A stretch of DNA of 63,461 nucleotides, the filler included, from Candidatus Babelota bacterium (GTDB taxonomy: Bacteria; JAGOBX01), in assembly GCA_017999075.1 (NCBI GenBank). It is 8 parts of 8 records of this genome, joined end to end, with 100 filler letters (N's around TTAATTAATTAA, not from the genome) between each part and the next. Parts side by side here need not be neighbours in the genome. Positions count along the whole stretch, not along the records: positions 34,533 to 49,928 come from JAGOBX010000026.1; 7 more parts are not named here. One strand, written 5' to 3'. The position numbers and the translations under genes are program-made. The notes under the pieces were generated by a model. The model had not been told where the DNA came from. It ran no database searches and saw only the letters and a list, made by a program, of their open reading frames with translations. Below, in pieces: positions 38,499 to 49,100 of this stretch (positions within the stretch are counted from its first letter, which is position 1; each line of letters opens with the position of its first letter).

Positions 38499-40562
38499 TT
38501 AAAGAATGTTAAATGAAAATGGATTTAAATATCCTGAATTTTTAATGTTTTTTTTTAATTTGAAATGTCCCCAAAAAAGAAAATCATTAAAATTATTGAT
38601 TGAAAATTTCTTATTCAATATATAATCAGCCATACCACAGTCTTTAGAATTTATAAAAACCGAAATGTTTAAAATCATTTTTTTAAAAAAATAAATGTCG
38701 ATATTGTTTAAATCAGGAACCGAAGAAATCAGTTCATTATATTGGATTAAATTTTTCTTGAATAATATTGAAGAAATAAAAAAAATTAAAGGTTGCGGAA
38801 TGATATGCTGATTTTTTAGAGTATATAATAGAGTCAATTCTTCAATATTAAAAATATTATAATCTAATATTATAGAATAATATAAAATCGAAGATAAAAT
38901 TATAGTGTCATTTTTTTCTATATTTTTATCTGTCAAACGTTTAATCCAGTATTTAGAATTGAATTTTTTAAAATAAATAAATTCAATTAATTCAACGAGA
39001 TTTTTGTAATCGGATGAATCATTGGCTAATACAGTGTCGTTTTTTATAAAATGGTCAACAGCAGGATTATATTTGTGAAAACAAAAATAATCATCGCTTA
39101 AAAAACTGAAAATTTCCGAGTCAGACAATTTATAATTTTTATCCTCTGTAAATTTATTAATGGTTTTAAACTGAGGAGAATCATAATAATGGTTTATCAT
39201 TTCTGCGCGATTTATTTTTTTTACATTATTTGAAATAATAAAAACAGCAGCATCAGGGTTATTTATTTTTTCGTAACTCATGTTAAAACAGGTTTTTTTA
39301 TCAGTCCCATCCAACAATAAAGATATATTATTTTCAATGCTTGTAAGGATATTAAATCCGCCAATAAAATAATTTTTTATTATAATAATGTTGTTTTTAG
39401 CGGAATTTTTTAATATTTCATTTTTTGCATTATAGGCAATATTATTTCTTAAAACAGCGATATTATTCCAAAGAAATGAATTTTTGATATTAATAAAATA
39501 AATAATTCCTAAAAATAAAATTATAAGAATACATATTGTTTTATTTTTATATGATGCAATATATAAAAACCAAAAAAAAATTGAAATAAGCATTACAAAT
39601 GGTAATGCCGGGCTGAATAAATAATGAATATTATCAATTTCTTTTATGGAACGGCTGATAATAGGTATTATTGTAAACAACAGCCATATCAAGTAGAATG
39701 TAATAATTCTGATAAATTTAAAAGATTTATTTTTTTTAATTAGATATAAAAATATCAAAAAAATAAATATTATTAAAATTGATTTGCAGTTATAAGAATT
39801 TAATAACGCAGACAATTTATCGAAAAAAATTAATAAAATATTATTTTTTGAATGAGGATAACCGTGTTTTGAAGCGCCGTTAAAAAGCATAAATCTATAA
39901 AGAAAAAATATAGTTGAAAAACCAATTAAAATAAAATTTTTTTTGAAAATTTTATTTAATTTTTGTTTTTTAATAATCAGGTCATATAAAAATAAGATCA
40001 TAGGCAAAATATAAGTGGTTTCTTTTGAACAATATGCGCAGAATGCGGAAAATATTATAATTATGCAATTAATATTTTTTATGTATAAATATAACGTCAA
40101 AAGAATAAAGAACAATGCAAGAAGTTCGCCTGAGTCTAATGCTATGAATGAACTGTGAGGTATTATCGAAGGGAACAAAATAAAAAGAATAGCCGAAACA
40201 TACGATATGAAATCTGACTTTGTTATTGAATTGGAAATGCAGTATAAAATAGATGCGGATAATAAAAATATAATCAGAGAATTAAAATGTAAAACTGAGG
40301 CATTAATGCCGAAAAATGAATAGTGAAAAAAATAGAATAAAGAAATTGCCGGTCTGAAAAATTCATATTCATTAGTTATTCCATATAAGTGTTCACCTAT
40401 GAAATATTTAAAAAGATCATGGAATCTAAATGTATTGGCAGGGATATTAATGAATAATATTATATCTTCAATTCCGAATAAATTTATATTTTTAAATAGA
40501 GGAGCGTATACGGCTAAAGTTATAAAAAAAATAAGAATAAAAGGTTTTTTTATAAAATTCAT
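38499..40562 (-). CDS. Polytopic membrane protein, probable GT-C (PMT/ArnT-like) glycosyltransferase
   Basis: F..ED, FFRP, FG.N...H, ELLA..F, SKET motifs; about 11 TMs, then a soluble domain. Confidence 0.6.
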   Translation of the reverse strand: MNFIKKPFILIFFITLAVYAPLFKNINLFGIEDIILFINIPANTFRFHDLFKYFIGEHLYGITNEYEFFRPAISLFYFFHYSFFGINASVLHFNSLIIFLLSASILYCISNSITKSDFISYVSAILFILFPSIIPHSSFIALDSGELLALFFILLTLYLYIKNINCIIIIFSAFCAYCSKETTYILPMILFLYDLIIKKQKLNKIFKKNFILIGFSTIFFLYRFMLFNGASKHGYPHSKNNILLIFFDKLSALLNSYNCKSILIIFIFLIFLYLIKKNKSFKFIRIITFYLIWLLFTIIPIISRSIKEIDNIHYLFSPALPFVMLISIFFWFLYIASYKNKTICILIILFLGIIYFINIKNSFLWNNIAVLRNNIAYNAKNEILKNSAKNNIIIIKNYFIGGFNILTSIENNISLLLDGTDKKTCFNMSYEKINNPDAAVFIISNNVKKINRAEMINHYYDSPQFKTINKFTEDKNYKLSDSEIFSFLSDDYFCFHKYNPAVDHFIKNDTVLANDSSDYKNLVELIEFIYFKKFNSKYWIKRLTDKNIEKNDTIILSSILYYSIILDYNIFNIEELTLLYTLKNQHIIPQPLIFFISSILFKKNLIQYNELISSVPDLNNIDIYFFKKMILNISVFINSKDCGMADYILNKKFSINNFNDFLFWGHFKLKKNIKNSGYLNPFSFNIL

Positions 40563-40567
40563 AAATT

Positions 40568-41104
40568 TTATTTTTTTAATCCGAAAAAGTTTGACAGCAA
40601 TAATTCTAAAGCTGAATTGTTATAATCTTTTGTTTTATAATTATCAGTTTTTTGCAGAAAAATGATTTTTGCAATATATGTATTGGTATATAAATAACAG
40701 AAATCTTCAAAAAAATAATAACCTTCATTATCAGAATATATATTTTTTTTCAAACCCGGCAGATGTATAAAATCTTTCTCCGCCAAATTTAAAAATTTTT
40801 TTATATAATAAGGATCTGTAAAATAATATAGTTCTACCTCAATAAAATTTCCTGTCATATTTGAAATAAGATGATAAATAAAAATATTTGAAATATTACC
40901 GGAAATTTTTTGATCTGTCATTTTGCGGATTTTATTTTTTTCAACACGTTCTATTTTATCAATTTTAAAATATTTATCAAACACCGATTCATTATAAATT
41001 TTGAAATAATCAGAAGATTTATTTTTAAAACATCCGTTAAAAGAATATATTGATAATAATATAATAAAAAAAGTTATGGATTTAAGCTGCATAAAGTTAT
41101 TCAA
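40568..41104 (-). CDS. Hypothetical lipoprotein
   Basis: Hydrophobic N-terminus ending FNGC (lipobox-like). Confidence 0.55.
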   Translation of the reverse strand: MNNFMQLKSITFFIILLSIYSFNGCFKNKSSDYFKIYNESVFDKYFKIDKIERVEKNKIRKMTDQKISGNISNIFIYHLISNMTGNFIEVELYYFTDPYYIKKFLNLAEKDFIHLPGLKKNIYSDNEGYYFFEDFCYLYTNTYIAKIIFLQKTDNYKTKDYNNSALELLLSNFFGLKK

Positions 41105-43151
41105 TCATTTTCATATAACGTTTAGCTTTTTCGTTATCAGGATCTATTTGAAGAATTTTTTTCCATTTTTCTTTTGCTGCCTGATATTTTTCTGCGATAT
41201 AAAGTTGTTTTCCTTGAATAAACAACTGCTCAATTAATTCGAGTTCTTCTTTGGAAAAAGTTTTGTTTATAACAATTGTTGCGGCGCTGAATCCTTGTTT
41301 TTTCATTGAATCTGCAACGTTCTGAATAAGATTCTGGATAGCAGGAGTCCTGTTTATTATTTTGTTTAAATACTGAAGCGATTTTTGATATTCTCCTGAA
41401 GCATAATATTTAACAGCATTATTATAGTTTGAAAAATCCAAATCTGTTATTCGTTTTTCTTCCTGAATTTTGGCTAATTCCGTATTTATTTTGTTCATCA
41501 AATCAGATTGCCATCGGGAATCATTAAGAAATTCTCTTCCTTTTTCAAGTTCATATTTTGCAAACTCGAAGTTTTTTTCATTGAAAAATTTAACAGCGTT
41601 TTTAAGATTTTGTTCAGATCTTTGATTCAGAGTGTCTTCAATTAATTTTTTGCTTTCAAAAGTTTCGACAAGCGATTCAGGTCTTCTTATAAAATTTTCT
41701 GAAGCGGATTTTAACTGTTCTAGTAATTTTTTATTTTCTTCTTTGTAATCGATTTCCAATATTTTTTCAAGAGCATCTATTTTTACAAATATATCTTTTG
41801 AATTGTTTAGAGTTTCGGTTAGAATTTTTAATTGCTGATTTTTTAAAGTTAAATTTTGTTCTTCCTGATATGAAGAATATTTTTTTTCTATTTCTATCTG
41901 AAGTTTTAAAGCTGTGTCATAAAAATCTGAAGAATATTCTATTTTTTCTAGTATGTTTTTTGCCAAATCATAATTTTTTTCATCTATAAGTTTTGAAGCA
42001 TCTTCGATAATTTTTTTATGCTCCTCTAATGTTCTTAATACTGATTCATTTTTAATTTTTTTCAGATTGTTAAGATTTTCGTACAAAGATTGTACAGTAT
42101 AAAATTCATCCTCATCCTTTTTTTTATCAAGAATATTTTTAAGTTCGTTCAACATAACAATTGCGCTGTCAAAATTTTCGTCACGGTCAACTAAGGATTT
42201 AATTAAAGTCATATCATTTTTATATTTAGTCATACGTATTTTTCTGTTATATCCTATATTCCAGGAAAGACCTATAGAAGACACGGACTCAGAAGAAACT
42301 TGGTTAGAATTTGTTTGAAACGAATAATTTACTGAAAAATCCGAATAATGAATTCCTATACCAAAAGAAATTTTATCTTTAGCGTATCCAGCTCCAATAT
42401 GCAGGAATTTTAAAATATCGTATTTTGCGCCAAGCCTGTAATCAAATCTGGAATCAACTTTTTCAAATTCGGGAATTAAATGCAGTTTTGGAATAATGCT
42501 GATTGTAACAGAATTTTTAATTCTAATCGGCATTTTATCATTTCCAATAGAACTTCCGGCCAAATTTCCTATAGAATGTGAAATAAGGGTATTATTAAAA
42601 ATTTTGTAATTCGCAGCCAACAGGGATGAGTATCCATTATAGGAATATTGACCGACTTCTATATTTAAATATCTTAAAGACAATCCTAAATTAATCAGTT
42701 TTCCGAACATCTTAATTTTTTGACCGTAACTCAATATATATGCGCTGTTATTTACTTTATAATTATTAGTAGTTATAAATCCCAGATTGTCTGTTCCGAT
42801 AAAAAGTTTGTCATCAAGAGAAAGTGACAGATAACTTATTCCAATTCCGCCTTTATAGAACGGCTGCATATAAAATAATGAATTATAAGATGCATTTAAA
42901 ATCAGAGCTGATTGGTTAAACGATAAAGAAGGAGTAATCAAGTCGGATAATAAAGAAGGATTATACAATACAAGAGAAGCATTTTTATTATCTGTTATGT
43001 CAGTGTTTGCAATACCTGTTTTATATGAATCGATCGGCGCTTCGGCAGAAATGTAATCATCAACAAATACTTTGTCCAAAGCAAAACTGAACTTTATAAG
43101 CAGTTGTGTAAACATGAACGATAATAAAAGTAGTTTTAAATTTTTTGTCAT
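41097..43151 (-). CDS. PorV/PorQ-like outer-membrane beta-barrel fused to a C-terminal helical/TPR region
   Basis: Signal peptide, LYNPSLL motif, alternating aromatic beta-strands to about aa 300; C-terminal TPR (A...W.KILQIDPDNEKA). Confidence 0.65.
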   Translation of the reverse strand: MTKNLKLLLLSFMFTQLLIKFSFALDKVFVDDYISAEAPIDSYKTGIANTDITDNKNASLVLYNPSLLSDLITPSLSFNQSALILNASYNSLFYMQPFYKGGIGISYLSLSLDDKLFIGTDNLGFITTNNYKVNNSAYILSYGQKIKMFGKLINLGLSLRYLNIEVGQYSYNGYSSLLAANYKIFNNTLISHSIGNLAGSSIGNDKMPIRIKNSVTISIIPKLHLIPEFEKVDSRFDYRLGAKYDILKFLHIGAGYAKDKISFGIGIHYSDFSVNYSFQTNSNQVSSESVSSIGLSWNIGYNRKIRMTKYKNDMTLIKSLVDRDENFDSAIVMLNELKNILDKKKDEDEFYTVQSLYENLNNLKKIKNESVLRTLEEHKKIIEDASKLIDEKNYDLAKNILEKIEYSSDFYDTALKLQIEIEKKYSSYQEEQNLTLKNQQLKILTETLNNSKDIFVKIDALEKILEIDYKEENKKLLEQLKSASENFIRRPESLVETFESKKLIEDTLNQRSEQNLKNAVKFFNEKNFEFAKYELEKGREFLNDSRWQSDLMNKINTELAKIQEEKRITDLDFSNYNNAVKYYASGEYQKSLQYLNKIINRTPAIQNLIQNVADSMKKQGFSAATIVINKTFSKEELELIEQLFIQGKQLYIAEKYQAAKEKWKKILQIDPDNEKAKRYMKMIE

Positions 43152-43155
43152 AAAA

Positions 43156-46100
43156 TTATTTCCCTATTCCAATTCCGAGAATTTTAGATATTCCTCCGAA
43201 TTCAAGTTTTGCATAATATCCTCCGACAGGGAGCGCTGACAGATCAATATCAAAAAATTGATTTACAGTTCCGGGCGTTATTGAAAATGTGTTTTCATAA
43301 ACTAATCTGCCGAAAGGATTTATGATAGTAAAATGCAGAGAATTGCCTGATTGAGGTGTAATCATTAGATTAATTTTTTTATTTATAGTAGGATTAGGAT
43401 AAAATAAAATATTTCCGTCGTTGAAGTTGGAACCGAATAAGGAATAAATGCTGAAATGTTGAGTTGTGGTTGAAACTGAATTGGTTATTTCGTTAATTTC
43501 AGTGCTGAGTTTTATCCATTCGGTAGTATTTTCATCAAGGCAATATATGGATATATATTTTTCTTTTATATCTGTATTATCTATAATTCCATCGTTATCA
43601 GCGTCTGACCAGTTAAAATAAATTGTTACAGGCATAACAAAATTATTCACAATTTGGTCACTGGAATTTTGGGCAGTCAATTGATATATCGGTCTTGCCG
43701 AGCCGAGAGATTTGATAAAACCGCTTGATTTCAGAAGTTTATCGTCAGCAGTGATTATTTTTGCGTTGTCATTGGGATTCAATTCTGAAGCAGAAACATA
43801 AATATTGTTGATATTTGGAATAAATAATTGTAATTTAGGGTTGTTTTGAGCATCCCGGAATAATACTACTGTATCAGAATCAAGTTTTCCTCCGAATAAA
43901 GTGAAAATACTTAAATGTGTAGAAAGAGTTGTAATATAATTATTTGTTTTATCCACATATGAACTTGGCTGTTTTATCCATTTATTAAGCATAGTGTCAA
44001 AATAATAAATTTCAAGCAGAAGTTCTGAAATATCGGTATTATCTATTATTCCATTATTGTCTGCGTCCGGATACATTATTTTGATTGTTATAGCCGAATC
44101 AAAAGATGTTATTGAATCTCCGTTTGAAGTTAAACATTTTATATCATATATTTTTCTGTGTATTCCAAGATCTTTTATATAACCGCTGAAGTTGACAGAA
44201 TTATCTCCTATAATAACTTCCGGATGATTAGCTGGAAGTTCTTGAATATTGAAATAAGAATTTTCAGGCAGTGAGTTAGCTTGAGTTATTATTTGAAGGT
44301 TATCACCAAATTCGGTTATAGAAGATTTTGAATTGTCTATAAGAGTGGTAAATTGATATACTCTGGATTGGTTGAGTTTTACTCCGGAAATGTCCATTAA
44401 ATTTTTTGATATTATAAACTGGTACGATTTGCTTGGTTGAACAGTATAGTAAAATGAAACTGTAAATGTTGACTGGGAATATGTAATGCTGTCCGGATTT
44501 ATTTTAGCGCCGTTTTCTGAAATAAAATAAATGTTGTCTGAATTAAGAGTTGAAGTATCGAGCAGTTTGTTTAAAATAATATCAAGTTTTGAGAATGGAA
44601 CAACAAAATTTTTATCTTCGAGAAATGGAGTCTCGGCTAAAAATAAGTTTGCATCAAAAGAAACTATGATTTGATCGGATTGCGAAACATTTCCAAGTTC
44701 GTCTTTTGCTACAGCAGAAATAAGATTAGCACCGACTAACATATTGTATTCTGTCGACCAGAAAGTGTCGGTAAAATTATTATTTTGCGCAGATACACCG
44801 TTTATGTAAACATAACTGTTTACCGGTTTTGTTCCTGAAACAGTTATTGAAGAAGAAGCTGTTTTATAATTATTATAAGGAATTGAAATGACAGGTTTTT
44901 CAGGCGGTATAGTGTCGAGAATAATAATAAATGATGTGTTTGAAGAATTATTCGCAACATCAGACGATTGAATTGAGAAAGTATTAATCCCTTCATTTAA
45001 TGAGGCAAAATATTGCCATGTATTCATGAAAATCATAACGCTTTGAGTGTTTCCGTTAATTGAAATTTTAGAGTTGAGTTCCATTGACCCTGAAATAAGT
45101 TGAGAAGTATCTTTAGTCGGGGAAGAAAAAATTACTGTTGGAACAGTTGGCGGAGTTTTATCTAAAGTGATGTATATTGTAGAAGTTTCCGATTTGTTAA
45201 ATAAATAATCATAACTTACAACATCATATTTTGAAGTTCCTTCCTGCTGAATAAATGTTTTAGAAAAAGTATCTGAACTCATTAAAATATTAGAGTTTGA
45301 ACCGTTTATTTCTATAAAGCTTCCGTAATCTTTGTTTCCTTGAATAATAACAGTATCAATATTGGTTATAGTATAATTTGTTGTTATAACAGGTTTAGAC
45401 GGAGGTATATTATCAAGATATACGATTATAGAATCGGAAATAGATTCTTTTCCTGCATTATTTTTGGCTGTAACAAATATGGTATTTGCTCCGGATGAAA
45501 TGTTTATATATTTGTACCATGTAAAAGTATCAATAATCACTGCATTCAAACCATTAACTGAAACTATTATTGCAGAAGTGTCTTTAGTTCCAAAAAGATA
45601 AATGTTAGCTGAACTTGTTTCTGAATTATTTGAAGGAATAATAATTTTTGGAGCAGGCGGAGCAGGTTCGTTAGCCAATCCGGTATCAATTATTATTCCG
45701 TCGCTCCAGTATGTTTGATTATAAGTATCAGATATGTTTCCTGCGATATCTGTTGCAGCCACTCTCGCATAATAAGTGAATCCATTTAAAAAATTATTAT
45801 TAGAAATAAGTATTAGATTTTGCGAACCGTTTACTGTTTCTGAAGTTATAATGTTTGTAAAAGATGTTGAATCGGAAATTTCTATATAATAATGTATTAT
45901 CTGGCTTGAATCATTGGGAGTGTCCCATGACCAAACCAAGGTTGTGTCAAAACTGTAAATTCCTTCATCATAACATTTAACATTCTCCGGTTTTGTTCTG
46001 TCAATATAAATAAGTTTCGTTACAGTATCAGACCATATTTCACAATTGTTTTCTGAAACATACTGTAAAATATTTTTATATTCAGAATTGATTAAAACAG

Positions 46101-49100
46101 TATCTCCTTTTATAAACTGTGAGTTATTCAGAGAATAATAAATATTTTTTATCCCAGATTCCGCATCAGAACCGGTTATGACGATTATCTGACTTTCATA
46201 TCTGGCATCATGCGGCGCATTATCTGAAACATTAGGCATTGTGTTATCATAAATAACACTTCCTGAAACGGTCGTACTTACGGAATTTACAATTTTGCCG
46301 AATATAGAATAATTGTTTGTTCCGGGAGCAAGCTGCAAATTAAATATCCATTTATCGGTATCAGATGATATTGTTTGAGTAGAATTGACAAATACGGTAA
46401 CTTCGGGGTCTTTGGTTCCATATAATAATATAGGAGTGTATGAAACAGTAGTATCTATTGAAGAATTAAGAATAGGAACCGGAACTAAAACATTTCCTAT
46501 TTGTTTAGTTTCTGTAAGAACGGAAACATTGCCTGCAAAATCTTTAACATAGATTCCTGAATATATAATATCGCTATCAGATAATGATACAGCGAACAGT
46601 TTGGAAAAATTAGTTGAAGTATGGCCTACATTCATAAAAGTAAAATTGTAATTATCTCTGTTTGGATTATTTATTCCAAGTTCAAATCTGATAAAATCAA
46701 TTCCGATATGTGTATCATAAACCGTTGCTTTTAAAATTACTGCTGTATCGGTTGTATCAATATAAAGTTTTTCTTCATCATCGAGAGTTTGAAATTTATA
46801 AATTACCGGAACTGTATCATCAGTACCTGTTCTGAAAATCCATGTTTTGGTTTGATTTAAAGTTTTATAAGAATCATTTTTTAAATATCCAAAAACATCA
46901 AGTTTATACGTGTTGTGAATTAAAAAAGGAGTTGAAGGAATAATATAAAATCCGGTTGAATCATTGTTTAACCGTAGTGTATAATTAAGTTTTTGTCCGT
47001 TTTGGCTTAATACAATTATTGTATCAGCAATTGTAGAAACATCCAGTCCGTTATTTGAATAAACATATAAGCTGTCAGGGACAGAACTTAATATTTCATT
47101 ATTATCGAGTTGAGATGAAAAAACAAGAAATGCTGCAGGATTGTAATTTACTATTATTGAATATGGTTCGGATTTGTTGTATAATTCGTCTATAGAATAA
47201 ATTGTAATTAAATTATTTCCGACAGTGAGATTAACAGGCATTGAGAATGTATTTGAACTTAAATTTGTTTCATAATTGTTGTTTATCATAACACCGAATA
47301 CGCCTGTTTCAACTGAACCTGATACATAAACAGGACTTGAATATAATGAAAGATTATTGTGCGGGCTGTAAATTTCAGGTTGTACAGGGCCAATTGTATC
47401 CCGTATAATTGTTATTGTGCGGACAGAAGTATTGCCGGCTTCGTCATACGCAATAATATTTACAATGTTATTGCCTTCAGAAATCAATTGGATATTGCAG
47501 AACCATATTCCTGATATCATATTCAATGAAGCAGGTAAACCATTGACTCTTAATATTGAAACGGAAGTTGTATCATAAGTACCTGACAGATTTTGTTCAA
47601 TTCCTGAAAATGGAGATGTATAATTTACAGAAGGAATTGATGGAGGTTCAGTATCGTATATTATCGAATAACTTACAGTATCGGAAAAATTGTTAAATGT
47701 ATCTGAAGCAGTTATATTGATTTGATTGTTGTATTGAGTTAGATAAACTGTGTCTGTCCATGAAGTAGGAGATAGTATTTTTGCAGGATTATTGTTTATA
47801 AATACAGTTTCAGCGTCTGTTGATTTTGTGCCTGAAATAATTTGATAACCAATGTTTGTTGGAGAAATTACTGTTGCTTGAGGTTTTGATGGAGAAGTAT
47901 TGTCCATAAAAATATTTATAGTTATTTCATCTGATTTAATTCCGAATATGTTTTTAGAATATAAAATTATTTCGTTTAAACCATTTTGCAGTAAAACAAG
48001 TTTAGACCAATTATTCAAAGTTATATCTGCTTGTGAACCGTTGATTAATACAGAAACAGCGGTATCGGTTTTTTGACCAGTTAATGTTATGTATGATTGA
48101 TTTACATATGAGGGATAATTATAAATTTCCGGAGGTTCAGGTTTTGAAGACGCAGCTATTGAAGTATCAACATATATTCCATCGCTTGGCGTACCAAAAA
48201 CAGAAATATTTCCTGCGTCGTCTTTAGATTTTATTCTGCAATAATAAGTTTCTCCGTGAATAATGCCTGAATCCCCAGATATTATGAAGTGTAATTCGTT
48301 TTTATTAATCCAGTTAGAAAAAAATGGTGTTGAAAATGCAGTAGAAGAATCAATTTCTACAAAAAAATTTGAAATAGAATTGCTGTCTACAGGAATATTC
48401 CATGAAAATTCAAGTATAGTATCAGCGCTTATATTCCCTTCGTCTAATACATGAACAGGTAATGGAGGAGTGGAATCGAACCTTGCTGATTTCGAAGCAG
48501 TGATAATTGAACTTATATTTCCTAAACTGTCATAGCCGAGATACTGTATAATATGGTTTCCATCAGAATTAATAAGTATAGTTGAACCTGTTTTCCAGTT
48601 ATCAGAATTAATTTTGTATTGAATGGTATCGACTGAACTTAATGCATCTGTTCCTGAAATTGTTATAGTGAAAGGAATATTATGAATTGTTTCTGGAATA
48701 TTGTCGGATAATACGGGAGGAATATTATCGTATAAAATTTTGAAATACGATGTTTCTGAGTAAGTAGAACCTATGTATGCAACTGCGGATATTATATTTG
48801 TTTCCTGTATAAGATCTGCACTTATGCTCCACTCCGTATCTGATAGGGAAATTGCGTTGTAAGAATTGTTGATTTTTACCGTAGAAGAAGGGTATTTTGT
48901 TCCAAAAAGATTTACTGGAGACGTTTTTACTGCATTTTTTAATGATGAAGAAAATACAGGAGAATCTATGATTATGCTTGACACTGTTGTATGAGCTGTA
49001 AATTCGGAATTGTTGAATTCAATATCTTCGCAATAAATTTTATAGTAAACGGTGTCTCCTACGTTTAAAGTATTATTTAATGTAAAAGTTTTTGAATAAT

